Part shown: piece after piece, positions 20,684-30,446 of the stretch | Position numbering within the stretch: position 1 is the first letter of the stretch | Layout of the letters: each line of letters begins with the position of its first letter | NCBI GenBank assembly: GCA_965203175.1 | Contig: OZ241867.1 | Coordinates: 1,088,001-1,152,000, forward strand | DNA: 64,000 bases | From: Candidatus Latescibacterota bacterium | GTDB lineage: Bacteria; Latescibacterota; UBA2968; UBA8231 | Direction: 5' to 3' | Program-made: the position numbers and the translations under genes | Notes under the pieces: generated by a model | Told to the model about the DNA's origin: nothing | Database searches by the model: none | Seen by the model: the letters and a program-made list of their open reading frames with translations, nothing else

Positions 20684-22042
20684 TCACCCAACGCCTACCA
20701 AAGCCTCGCCCAATACCCGCACCTGCTCCTCGTCCTCGGCATTGACCGTAAACAAACACCCGTCGCACCCGTGCCCAGCCACCGCCTCGCCCAAAGCCCG
20801 CACCAGTTCGGGGGACGCTCCCGCTGAAAGAGGCGGATACAGCGGTACCGCCCCACTGGTCTGCGCTTTTAAGCGGGCTACTTCTCGCTCGTACAGGGCG
20901 GCGATGGGCAAAGGCCCTTCCGCTACTCCCGCCGCAGTCTCCGGCAAGTCCAGATCCTCTACTCCGAACATGCGCCACACCAGAGCCAATACCTCGCTTT
21001 CGTCCAGCCCTTGAGCATGACGGCACAAAGCCGCAGTCCACTCCCGCGCCAAGTTGGTCACCCCAGTTGCCCAACCCACCACACCTCCGTGCGAACTCCC
21101 TCCCGTGAGAAAATCCGTCGCCTCTTCCCACTTGCCGTGCCAATGCCCACCCAACAGCCCTGTAGAGGCGGGAAACACATCGCTGCCAAAAACTTTATCG
21201 CGACCTCCTGCCTCCTGCACGGCGGCGCGAAATTCCCCCATGCGCTCGGCTAGTATATGGGCGCGGAACTGCACCCAATCGAGCACGGCTCCATCTTGGG
21301 CCAACAACCCCAGAAAGTCCATCAAACCCGGACGACCCGCTGCCAAGGCCCGCACCTCGGCCAAAGTCAATCGCTCTAGGCGTTGGCGCAGGGCCAGTAC
21401 TCCGCGCCGCATAGCCGCAAAATCGTAGCCCAAACGGACGGCTTCTTCCTCGCAGTTAGTACAGCCGCAGGCCATCAAGCTGTGCACATTGGCCGGAGCC
21501 GGATAGCGAGCGTGATCTACGTCAAAGCCGTCGATAGCATAGCGCTGAATCGCTTCCACCAAGCAGTCGCGCGTCCACTCGTTGACCGCCTTGTGGCTCG
21601 GACACAGGCCAATGCCCCACTCCTGATAGCGCCGGTCCAATGGCCGCCCCTCCAGATCGCGCAGGGCAAATTCGGGATAGACCTCGCCGCCATAGCTCCA
21701 CAAGCCAATGTGTCCCCACACCTCAATCCCCGTGCTTTTACACGCTTCTATGACGCGCTGCAAAGGCGCATCGTCAAAGCCGCTGATAATCCCCGCCACC
21801 GGCGGGTAGATGCCCTCCGCGCCGCTCGGCCAAGCATCGAGACGCTCGCGCCAGTCCTCAAAAGGCCCCCGCTGGGCCAACTCCGCCGAGGCGCTAAAGC
21901 CCGAGGTATGGCACACCGGACTTTCGGGCATAATCGTCGTCAGGCCGACGGCGTCCTTGAGCTTTTGCAGGGATTCGGGATGCTCGGCCACGTATTCTGT
22001 CTGGCAAAACCAGATGCGGCGAGATTTATGCGTGGACGTCAT
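20684..22042 (-). CDS. Hypothetical protein, possible glycoside hydrolase-like TIM barrel
   Basis: LCPSH...YAIDGFDVDHARY...CGCTNC pattern; ATGA overlap with upstream Nudix gene. Confidence 0.55.
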   Translation of the reverse strand: MTSTHKSRRIWFCQTEYVAEHPESLQKLKDAVGLTTIMPESPVCHTSGFSASAELAQRGPFEDWRERLDAWPSGAEGIYPPVAGIISGFDDAPLQRVIEACKSTGIEVWGHIGLWSYGGEVYPEFALRDLEGRPLDRRYQEWGIGLCPSHKAVNEWTRDCLVEAIQRYAIDGFDVDHARYPAPANVHSLMACGCTNCEEEAVRLGYDFAAMRRGVLALRQRLERLTLAEVRALAAGRPGLMDFLGLLAQDGAVLDWVQFRAHILAERMGEFRAAVQEAGGRDKVFGSDVFPASTGLLGGHWHGKWEEATDFLTGGSSHGGVVGWATGVTNLAREWTAALCRHAQGLDESEVLALVWRMFGVEDLDLPETAAGVAEGPLPIAALYEREVARLKAQTSGAVPLYPPLSAGASPELVRALGEAVAGHGCDGCLFTVNAEDEEQVRVLGEALVGVG

Positions 22043-22638
22043 ATTTTGTCTGGCTCCATCCAAGCGACCAACTGGCGCACAATGCGAAAGGTTATCCCCC
22101 ACAACAGCGGGCGGTTCGGCCCCAACAGGTCGAGCGCTGGAAATGTCTGCTCTTCGCCGCGGCGTTGTAGTCGGTACTGGGTTCGCTTACCGGGGTCGCG
22201 CAATTGGTCGGCTCCTACCCAAAAAGCCGATTCGATCTCGTGGTTGAGGGTCAAGGGCCCTGGCGTCTCCAAGCGATAGACGAAACCAGACACCACCACC
22301 GGCAGCATATGCCCGGTCAAGTCGTCTACCCGGCCCCAATACTCAGCCGTGGACAGATCGAGCCCGACCTCCTCCAAGGTCTCGCGCTCGGCCGCAGCCC
22401 GCAGCGATGGGTCGTCTGTCTCAATGCGGCCGCCGGGAAAGGCGATGTGCCCAGACCAAGGATCGTCCGGGTGCTGGGCGCGTTCGATAAAGAGCAACTG
22501 CAAGCCCTCTGGCGTCGGCCCCAAGACCGCAGCCACGGCGGCTCGCGTCTTGTCCGTAGAGCCGACCAAGTAGGGTTGGTGCTGGGCGAGCCCGACCTGC
22601 ACCGCGGCCCAAGCATCTAGATCCACGACCGCTTCCAA
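22039..22638 (-). CDS. Nudix hydrolase, CoA pyrophosphatase family
   Basis: WSGHIAFPGGR...AAERETLEEVGL, LWGIT. Confidence 0.88.
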   Translation of the reverse strand: MEAVVDLDAWAAVQVGLAQHQPYLVGSTDKTRAAVAAVLGPTPEGLQLLFIERAQHPDDPWSGHIAFPGGRIETDDPSLRAAAERETLEEVGLDLSTAEYWGRVDDLTGHMLPVVVSGFVYRLETPGPLTLNHEIESAFWVGADQLRDPGKRTQYRLQRRGEEQTFPALDLLGPNRPLLWGITFRIVRQLVAWMEPDKI

Positions 22639-22641
22639 TCG

Positions 22642-24105
22642 CTAAATGTCGTCAAAAGGATACAGTTTGCGGCCCAGCCGCTTAAAGGCCAGTTTGGCAT
22701 CGGACGGAGCGTGTACCGACGGTTCGGAGATCACTTGGATCTGGCCAGCCCACGGCTCAAAACCAGCGCGAAAGTGGGCTGCGGACTTGACGCCGACATA
22801 GCGCATCTGCTTTGGGTCCAAACCCAAGGTGCGGGAAAACGCCGTGCAAAACGGTTGCTCGCGCTTGTTCACCAACAGCACGTGTACCCCGCCCTGGCGG
22901 ATGTGAGCCGAGGGGCCCATGGTGCCATCTAGGCCGGCGTACATCGGCCCGTCGTAGCGAAAGGACCCGTCGCTCAAGGCCACCACTTCGGCTCGCATAG
23001 AGCAAGGCTCGCCTTGCAACGAGGACGCCTTGCCGCCCACCTCTAAACCGATCACCGCACCGACGCCTGCTTGGTAGCAAGCAGCCACCGCTTCGGGATC
23101 GACGATGTACAGCACGCAGGCATCTTGCAGATCAGCTTCTAAAAAAGTCTGCAACAGCCCGGTGCTGTCGCCGGGCGAACCGCCGCCAGTGTTGTCGTTG
23201 CGATCGGCCAAGACCACGGGATAATGCCCCGTCTTGTCGGCCTCTCGCAGTGCCTCTGCGGTAGAGGGCATGGGTGCCTGCCAATCGGCCCGGCGCTCCC
23301 AGATCCAAGCGGCCAACTCGTCGACGCAGGATTGGGCTAGGTCGGGATCGTTGTCCGTGGCCACGTACACGGAAGCACCCATATCGGGAATGTCGGCTAG
23401 GGGGAAACAGGTGGCGATGGAGCCGCAGATCACGCCGGGCCGCGCCTCAATTCGGTGCAGGTATTCGATGGCCTGGCGCATGGGCGGATGGGCCGTCACT
23501 TGGTTCATGCCCCAGACTAGGGGCAGTTGGTGCAAGGCCATGGTCGGCCGCACGCCTTCGCGCACTATACTCACCAGCACATCGGCGCACTCGCGGCCTC
23601 TCGGTGCCATATCAACCTCTGGATAGGTCTCCCGCCCAATCAGCACATCCGCGGTCTCAATCATGGCGTGGGAGACATTGGAGTGGATGTCCAACTGCCC
23701 GACGATGGGCATATCCGGGCCGACCAAACGGCGCACTGCGGCTAGGATATGCCCTTCGGCGTCGTCAATGCCCTCGGCCACCATGGCCCCGTGCAATTCC
23801 AATAAAACCCCGTCGATAGCCCCAGCCGCTTCGATGCCGTCGAGCAGTTCGCCCACGAGCCTGTCGAAAATGGGGCGAGGCGTCGGGGCGCTAGGAAAAG
23901 CCTCGGCTAACATCGTCGGCACTGCTTCAAAGCCGTGCGCTGCGGCCCCTTCGATAAACCCGCCGATGGGCGTATTGACCCCGGTAAAGCGCTCGACGAT
24001 TGCCGCTCCGTGGAGATAGCTGCGCTCCCGAAAACTGTCCAACGTGGTGGCTACGTTCGTGAAGGTGCTGCTCTCGTGGGAAATACCTCCGATTGCTACG
24101 CGCAT
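22642..24105 (-). CDS. M81 family metallopeptidase (MlrC-like)
   Basis: HESSTF, LHGAMV, LDIHSN, TYPEVD, DNTGGG, KSAAHFRAGF. Confidence 0.9.
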   Translation of the reverse strand: MRVAIGGISHESSTFTNVATTLDSFRERSYLHGAAIVERFTGVNTPIGGFIEGAAAHGFEAVPTMLAEAFPSAPTPRPIFDRLVGELLDGIEAAGAIDGVLLELHGAMVAEGIDDAEGHILAAVRRLVGPDMPIVGQLDIHSNVSHAMIETADVLIGRETYPEVDMAPRGRECADVLVSIVREGVRPTMALHQLPLVWGMNQVTAHPPMRQAIEYLHRIEARPGVICGSIATCFPLADIPDMGASVYVATDNDPDLAQSCVDELAAWIWERRADWQAPMPSTAEALREADKTGHYPVVLADRNDNTGGGSPGDSTGLLQTFLEADLQDACVLYIVDPEAVAACYQAGVGAVIGLEVGGKASSLQGEPCSMRAEVVALSDGSFRYDGPMYAGLDGTMGPSAHIRQGGVHVLLVNKREQPFCTAFSRTLGLDPKQMRYVGVKSAAHFRAGFEPWAGQIQVISEPSVHAPSDAKLAFKRLGRKLYPFDDI

Positions 24106-24298
24106 CTACTGCTCCTTTCGGTTTTTTCTGCCTTTATCACTTATCACTTCGATTCCGACAGACGGGCGAAGACTTTGCCTGTCGCCATGCCCCCAATGTG
24201 CAGCCACTTGAATTTATATATATATTAACAAGCTTTATGAATATAGGGCCTTAATACTTCTGAAGGCATTTCGCTCACTTTCAAAGGAGCAATAATTT

Positions 24299-26674
24299 AT
24301 GCGCAAGGTAGTCTATCTGTCGATCTTGGCGTCCTTGTTGGTCGCCCGCCCTCTAACCGCCCAGACGGAGGCCAGCCTAAGTGGCGAGGTAGCCGATGAG
24401 ACTACTGGCGAACCGCTGCCCGGGGCCAACATTCGCCTCGTGGACACCCTGCTGGGGGCTGTCACGGATTTGGAAGGTCAGTTCGTATTGCCGGCCGTGC
24501 CTGTAGGCACCCACCAAGTGGAAATCAGTATGATTGGTTATGCCACCCGCACCGAGACCTTACAGGTGGTCTCTGGCGAGCAAGCTCGCTTGACCGCCGC
24601 CCTGACTCCCAGCCCCGTACACATGGGCGAAATGCTGATTCAAGCCGACCGGGCCTTTTCCGCGGCCTCCTCGCGGGCGGTGCGCCAATTCGACCTACAA
24701 ACCCGGCCCAGCCGCACGGCCCATCAGATGCTGCAACTGGCCCCTGGCCTCATCATCGCCCAACACGCTGGCGGCGGTAAAGCCGAACAGATTTTTCTGC
24801 GCGGTTTTGACGCCGACCACGGCACGGATGTGGCCATTTCGGTGGATGGGGTGCCCGTGAATATGGTCTCCCACGGCCACGGGCAAGGCTACGCCGACCT
24901 GCACTTCCTCGTTCCCGAAGTCGTTGAGGAACTGGACGTCAAGAAAGGGCCGTACTTTGCCGAATTCGGCAATTTGGCTACGGCCGGGGCCATCGCCTAT
25001 CGGACCCGCGATCACCTCGACGGCAACGCCATTCACCTCGAAGGGGGCGGGTTCAATACGGCCGAGTACACCATGCTCTACCAGATTCCGCTGGCCGATA
25101 CTAGGCAAAGCGCCTATTTCGCGGGCAAGTACTACCAGACCGATGGCCCGGTCAAGCGGCCTCAAGGCCTGCAGCGCCTCAGTCTCTTCGGCAAGTACCA
25201 CAACCACCTCTCCGACCGCTCCACCCTTACCTTGACCACCAGCGGGTTTAGTTCGGCTTGGGACGCCTCCGGACAGATCCCGCAACGGGCCGTGGAACAG
25301 GGCCTCATTGACCGCTGGGATGCCATTGATGATCTGGAAGGAGGCACCACCGGCCGCCAAGATTTCCACATCAATTTCCACGTTGAAGAGGCCGGCACGA
25401 GCACCTTTGATCTGCAGGCCTACTTGGTTAGCTATCAGTTTAAGCTGTTTTCCAACTTCACCTTCTTCCTCGACGACCCCGAGCGCGGCGACACCATCGA
25501 ACAGACCGATGATCGCCAAGTTACCGGGATCAACAGCCGCTATTCTTTCTTCCACAACTGGGGCCCGTACTTGGCTCATACTTCGATAGGAGGCGGCTTG
25601 CGCGCTGATAATGCGGCCGTGGGTTTGTGGAAAAGCCCCGACCGCCAACGCCTAGCGTCGCTGGTCAATGCCGATGTGGTGGAGCGCAACCTGTTCCTGT
25701 GGGCCCAAGAGGAACTTGCTTTCACCCCGCGCTTGAAAATGATCATAGGGCTGCGCGGCGATTATTTCACTTTCAATGTTGACGACTACCGCGAAGGGCA
25801 CCCCAGCGAGTTGCCCCACGCTTCGGGCTTTGCCCAAGCCTCCATACTCAGCCCGAAAGCAACCTTGGTGTATAGCCCCAGCCGCGTCGTGGATCTTTTT
25901 GCCAATGTCGGCACTGGCTTCCATTCCAACGACGCCCGCAACAACGTCATTGACGCTCGGGCCTCACAAATTCGTCGGGTCATGCGGCGCGATGGGCACA
26001 GCGAGGCCGACATCGCCGTCGAGTTAGCGGGACGCTACATCGATCCGGGCCACCTCGAAGAAGGGACCTTGCCGCGGGCGGTGGGGGCCGAAACCGGCCT
26101 GCGGACTCGGTTGTTTGAGCGGTTGAACGTGGGAGCGGCTCTGTGGTGGCTGGATCTGGAGAGCGAATTCGTTTTTGTCGGCGATGCCGGCACTACCGAA
26201 GCCAGCGGAAGAACCCGGCGGGCGGGGCTAGATCTGGAAGCCCGTCTGCAACTGCATCCTTGGCTGTGGGCCGATGTGGACCTCAATCTCGCCCGTGGTG
26301 AGGCTGTGGACGAACCCGACGATGCCAATGAGATCCCGCTGGCTCCCCAACGGACCTCTACCGGAGGCTTAACTTGGTACCATCCCAATGGCTTGGAAGG
26401 CAGCTTGCGCTACCGCCACATCGGCGACCGGCCCGCCAACGAGGACGGCAGTATCACAGCCGAGGGCTACACTGTCGTCGATTTCAACGGAGCCTATCGC
26501 CTAGGGGCTTGGCGGTTTAATTTGGGCGTAGAGAACGCGCTTGACACGATGTGGAACGAGGCGCAATTCGACACTGAATCGCGCCTGCGGGACGAAGAGC
26601 AACCTGTTTCAGAGATCCACTTCACCCCGGGAAATCCCATCAATATGCGCCTCGGGGTGAGTTTCCTGTTTTAA
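24299..26674 (+). CDS. TonB-dependent receptor
   Basis: Signal peptide, carboxypeptidase-like N-domain, plug QHAGGGKAEQIFLRGF, C-terminal Phe. Confidence 0.9.
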   Translation: MRKVVYLSILASLLVARPLTAQTEASLSGEVADETTGEPLPGANIRLVDTLLGAVTDLEGQFVLPAVPVGTHQVEISMIGYATRTETLQVVSGEQARLTAALTPSPVHMGEMLIQADRAFSAASSRAVRQFDLQTRPSRTAHQMLQLAPGLIIAQHAGGGKAEQIFLRGFDADHGTDVAISVDGVPVNMVSHGHGQGYADLHFLVPEVVEELDVKKGPYFAEFGNLATAGAIAYRTRDHLDGNAIHLEGGGFNTAEYTMLYQIPLADTRQSAYFAGKYYQTDGPVKRPQGLQRLSLFGKYHNHLSDRSTLTLTTSGFSSAWDASGQIPQRAVEQGLIDRWDAIDDLEGGTTGRQDFHINFHVEEAGTSTFDLQAYLVSYQFKLFSNFTFFLDDPERGDTIEQTDDRQVTGINSRYSFFHNWGPYLAHTSIGGGLRADNAAVGLWKSPDRQRLASLVNADVVERNLFLWAQEELAFTPRLKMIIGLRGDYFTFNVDDYREGHPSELPHASGFAQASILSPKATLVYSPSRVVDLFANVGTGFHSNDARNNVIDARASQIRRVMRRDGHSEADIAVELAGRYIDPGHLEEGTLPRAVGAETGLRTRLFERLNVGAALWWLDLESEFVFVGDAGTTEASGRTRRAGLDLEARLQLHPWLWADVDLNLARGEAVDEPDDANEIPLAPQRTSTGGLTWYHPNGLEGSLRYRHIGDRPANEDGSITAEGYTVVDFNGAYRLGAWRFNLGVENALDTMWNEAQFDTESRLRDEEQPVSEIHFTPGNPINMRLGVSFLF

Positions 26675-26678
26675 GGAA

Positions 26679-26713
26679 AGCTGCACTCTCGGAAACTGTC
26701 CAACGTGGTGGCT
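26679..26713. repeat. 35-bp direct repeat of a segment near the 5' end of the M81 peptidase gene (24018-24052)
   Basis: 32/35 identity: AGCTGC(G/A)CTC(C/T)CG(A/G)AAACTGTCCAACGTGGTGGCT. Confidence 0.85.
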
Positions 26714-26774
26714 TCTTTGGGTTAATAACCACGCTTATTTTGTGGTATTGTGATTCGCCAAAGAAAACCAATCA

Positions 26775-27767
26775 ATGAGCCGCCACATGCCCCAAATCGT
26801 CGTTGAAAACCTAGTCAAAACCTACCGCATTGCCGAGCGCCGCCCCGGGCTTTGGGGTGCCTTTCGGGGCATTGTGCAGCGCTCGCACCGCACAATTCGG
26901 GCGTTGGACGGCATCTCTTTTTCGCTGGAAGCCGGCGAACTAGTTGGCTATATCGGTCCCAACGGTGCCGGCAAATCTACTACAGTCAAAATCCTCTCCG
27001 GTATCGTCGTACCCGATTCGGGCCGCTGCGAGGTCCAAGGCCGCATCCCCTGGCAGGATCGCATTGGCCACGTCAGTCGCATTGGCGTGGTCTTCGGCCA
27101 GCGCACCCAATTGTGGTGGGATCTGCCGGCCATTGAATCCTTTGACCTGCTGCGCGACATCTACAAAGTGCCCTCCAACCTCTACCGGCGGCGGCGCGAC
27201 GCGCTCATCGCCATGCTGGAACTCGACTCCTTCCTCGACGTGCCCGTGCGCCAGCTCAGCTTGGGCCAGCGCATGCGCTGCGATTTAGTAGCGGCTCTGC
27301 TCCACGGCCCCGGCCTGCTCTTTTTGGACGAGCCGACCATTGGCCTCGACGCGGTTTCCAAACTGGCGATGCGCGACTTTATCAAAGAACTCAATCGCCG
27401 AGAGGGCACCACCGTCATCTTGACCACCCACGACATGGACGATATCGAAGCCCTGTGCGACCGAGTCATGGTCATCGGCGACGGCACCATCCTCTCCGAC
27501 GGCAACCTCACCGACCTGCGCGCCCGCGTCTCGTCCGAGCGCCGCCTCATCGTCGATTTAGTCGATGCCACAGCGACCATCGAAGACGAAGCTGCCCGCG
27601 TCGTGCAGCGCGACGGGCCCCGAGTGCATCTCAGCTTTGCGCCCGAACGCATTTCAGCCCCAGCCCTCATCAGCCGCATCACCGCCCGCCACGAGGTGCG
27701 CGACCTCTTTGTAGAAAATCCGCCCATTGAGGAAGTCATCGCCCAACTCTACCGGAACCGCCCTTGA
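26775..27767 (+). CDS. ABC transporter ATP-binding protein
   Basis: GPNGAGKST, LSLGQ, FLDEPT, TTH. Confidence 0.93.
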   Translation: MSRHMPQIVVENLVKTYRIAERRPGLWGAFRGIVQRSHRTIRALDGISFSLEAGELVGYIGPNGAGKSTTVKILSGIVVPDSGRCEVQGRIPWQDRIGHVSRIGVVFGQRTQLWWDLPAIESFDLLRDIYKVPSNLYRRRRDALIAMLELDSFLDVPVRQLSLGQRMRCDLVAALLHGPGLLFLDEPTIGLDAVSKLAMRDFIKELNRREGTTVILTTHDMDDIEALCDRVMVIGDGTILSDGNLTDLRARVSSERRLIVDLVDATATIEDEAARVVQRDGPRVHLSFAPERISAPALISRITARHEVRDLFVENPPIEEVIAQLYRNRP

Positions 27768-28558
27768 TGCGGCCCTATCTGTCCGTTCTCAGTGCCCGCA
27801 TCCGCATGTTGCTGCAGTACCGGGCTGCGGCCCTAGCCGGCATGAGTACCCAGCTATTTTGGGGACTCATTCGGGTAATGATCTTCGAAGCGTTTTACCG
27901 CACGGCGACCCAAGCGCAGCCCATGACCTACGCCGAGGTGGTCAACTATGTCTGGCTCGGTCAAGCCCTGTTCGCTCTCTTGCCTTGGAATCCCGACGAC
28001 GACGTGCGCATCATGGTGCGCACGGGCACAGTGGCCTACGAATTAGTGCGCCCCGTCGATTTATACGCCTTCTGGTACAGCCGAGCCCTCGCCAATCGCA
28101 TCGCCCCCACCCTGCTGCGCTCCGCGCCGTTGTTTTGCCTGGCCTTCCTCTTCTTCGACCTGCAAGCTCCCGCTTCCCCGGCGGCGGCGGCGGCGTGGGC
28201 CTTGGCCATGGTAGGCGCAATCCTGCTGGGCGGGGCTTTGTCCAACTTGGTCAACATCTCCTTGTTGTGGACCATCGCCGGAGAGGGCTCCATGCAAATA
28301 CTGGCGGTGTGTATCTACGTCTTTTCGGGCATGGTGGTCCCTTTGCCGCTGTTTCCCGACGCGTTCCAACCCATACTCGACTTCCTGCCTTTTCGCGGCT
28401 TGGCCGACACCCCTTTTCGTCTCTACATGGGGCACATTCCCGCGTCGCAAGTCTGGTCGGTGGTGGGTCATCAGTTCGCGTGGACGCTAGTACTGGTGGG
28501 ACTGGGCCGCTACCTCCTCTACCGAGGCACCCGCCGCTTAGTCGTCCAGGGAGGCTGA
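27764..28558 (+). CDS. ABC-2 family permease
   Basis: Multi-TM; YELVRP, C-terminal VVQGG. Confidence 0.88.
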   Translation: MMRPYLSVLSARIRMLLQYRAAALAGMSTQLFWGLIRVMIFEAFYRTATQAQPMTYAEVVNYVWLGQALFALLPWNPDDDVRIMVRTGTVAYELVRPVDLYAFWYSRALANRIAPTLLRSAPLFCLAFLFFDLQAPASPAAAAAWALAMVGAILLGGALSNLVNISLLWTIAGEGSMQILAVCIYVFSGMVVPLPLFPDAFQPILDFLPFRGLADTPFRLYMGHIPASQVWSVVGHQFAWTLVLVGLGRYLLYRGTRRLVVQGG

Positions 28559-28562
28559 AACC

Positions 28563-29366
28563 GTGCTCAATGCCCTATGCCTGTACGGCCGCTATATCGG
28601 CATTTCCTTCCGCAGCCAAATGCAGTACCGGGCTTCTTTTATCATGCTGTCCGTGGGCCACGGCGTGATGACCGGCTTGGAATTCTTGGGCATTTGGGTG
28701 CTCTTCGACCGCTTCACCGCCCTCGACACCTGGAGTCTGCCCGAAGTGGCCTTCTTCTACGGCCTGATCAATATCGCCTTTGCCCTGTGCGACGCCTTCT
28801 CGCGCGGCTTTGACTTATTTGCCTCCACGGTCAAAAGCGGCGACTTCGACCGCCTACTGCTGCGCCCCCGCAGCACGGCTTTGCAATTGGCCGGACAAGA
28901 ACTCACCCTCAAGCGCATTGGCCGCATCACCCAAGGCTTGGTCGTCTTGCTGTGGGCCTCACATGCCCTAGAGCTAGCCTGGACGCCGGACAAGCTGCTC
29001 CTCGTCTTGCTCACCATTCTCGGCGGCGCTTGCCTGTTTTACGGTCTCATAGTCCTGCAGGCGACGCTGGCTTTTTGGACCACCGAGAGCTTGGAAATCG
29101 TCAATACCGTAACCTATGGCGGTGTGGAGACTGCCCAGTATCCGCTAGCGATTTACCGCGAGTGGTTCCGCCGCTTTTTCACCTACGTCATCCCCCTTGC
29201 CTGCGTCAGCTACTACCCGGCCTTGGGAATCTTGGAGCGCCCCGACCCCTTGGGTTCAGGCCCGTTGTTCCAATGGCTGGCCCCGGTCGTGGGACTGCTC
29301 TTTTTCGCGATCTGTCTGCGCGTCTGGCAAGTGGGCGTGCGGCACTACCGCTCTACGGGAAGCTGA
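28563..29366 (+). CDS. ABC-2 family permease
   Basis: GDFDRLLLRP, YPLAIY, C-terminal YRSTGS. Confidence 0.88.
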   Translation: MLNALCLYGRYIGISFRSQMQYRASFIMLSVGHGVMTGLEFLGIWVLFDRFTALDTWSLPEVAFFYGLINIAFALCDAFSRGFDLFASTVKSGDFDRLLLRPRSTALQLAGQELTLKRIGRITQGLVVLLWASHALELAWTPDKLLLVLLTILGGACLFYGLIVLQATLAFWTTESLEIVNTVTYGGVETAQYPLAIYREWFRRFFTYVIPLACVSYYPALGILERPDPLGSGPLFQWLAPVVGLLFFAICLRVWQVGVRHYRSTGS

Positions 29367-29454
29367 CGTTGGCTTTGGCACCTGCCGAGCCATCTCACTT
29401 ACCTTGACGCGACCCGGCAGACATGTACCTTTGCCCTCCCATCGGAGAGACCAA

Positions 29455-30435
29455 ATGGCCGCACACACCATCGCCCAACGGCTCCACAACGGCGATGCGC
29501 TTCTGCTGGACGGCGGGACCGGCTCGGAGTTGCAGCGCCGCGGAGCCGATGTCCTCAAAGACGCCGAAGACCGACTCAAGGCGTGGTCGGCGACGGCGAA
29601 CCTCGAGTACGCCGACGTGGTCCGTCAAGTGCACTCAGACTACCTTCGCGTCGGGGCCGACATTATCACCAGTAACAACTTCTGGACGACGCCTACCCGG
29701 CTCGACTCTATCGGTAAACGCCACGCCTGGCGCACCTATGCGACCGCCGCGATCCGCAACGCTGTCGAGGCCCGCAACGCCATGCGCCAAGAGGCGTACG
29801 TCGCCGGCGGTATCGCCGCCCCCAGCCTCCAAGGAGCGATGTCATCTACCAGGCCAGTCTCAGACGCCCGCGCCTTGGGTCTTGAAGCGTACCGCAGGGA
29901 GTGGGCCGACCACGCCAAGCTTCTGGCCGACGAGGGTGCCGACCTGATCCTGGCCGAGTACGTCGGCTTCATCGAGGACTGCGTCGAGGCTGTCGATGGC
30001 TGTGCCGAGGCAGGCGTGCCGGTCTTCTTAGGAGTTCGGCACATCCAAGACGACGGCGCAATGCAGTATGGCGAGAGCCTGATCAATCTCGCCAGCGCCC
30101 TCGAAGGCCATCCCGTCGATGCCGTTCTGCTCATGTGCAGCAACCCGGAAAACATCTCCGTCGGCCTCCCCATACTCCGTGAGGCATTTGCCGGTCCCGT
30201 CGGCGCGTACCCCAACCTCGGCTACAACCCGACCGGCCCCATTGCCAACAGGCCGACGCTCACGAACCAAAAACCCAGTGCCGGCGTGGACATCCTGCAA
30301 AACGCCGACTACTACCCCTCCCGCATGGCGGAATTTGCCGGCGAGTGGAAGCGGGTGGGTGCCCAGATCATCGGCGGCTGCTGCGCCTCAGGGCCAGAGC
30401 ACATTGCGGCCATGTACCCGGTCGTTAAGGAGTGA
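29455..30435 (+). CDS. Homocysteine S-methyltransferase family protein
   Basis: LLDGGTGSEL, MCS and GGCC zinc ligands; GGAG SD before ATG 29455. Confidence 0.85.
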   Translation: MAAHTIAQRLHNGDALLLDGGTGSELQRRGADVLKDAEDRLKAWSATANLEYADVVRQVHSDYLRVGADIITSNNFWTTPTRLDSIGKRHAWRTYATAAIRNAVEARNAMRQEAYVAGGIAAPSLQGAMSSTRPVSDARALGLEAYRREWADHAKLLADEGADLILAEYVGFIEDCVEAVDGCAEAGVPVFLGVRHIQDDGAMQYGESLINLASALEGHPVDAVLLMCSNPENISVGLPILREAFAGPVGAYPNLGYNPTGPIANRPTLTNQKPSAGVDILQNADYYPSRMAEFAGEWKRVGAQIIGGCCASGPEHIAAMYPVVKE

Positions 30436-30446
30436 GGAACAAAGAC

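Noticed and set aside
24695-25648. Long antisense ORF (and similar ones at 5252, 21383, 34157)
   Set aside because: Shadow frames of well-supported genes in GC-rich DNA; no recognisable motifs
29197-29454. N-terminal extension of the homocysteine methyltransferase (likewise 10678, 16246, 34825, 48366, 60973)
   Set aside because: Most overlap upstream genes; family homology and SD placement favour downstream starts
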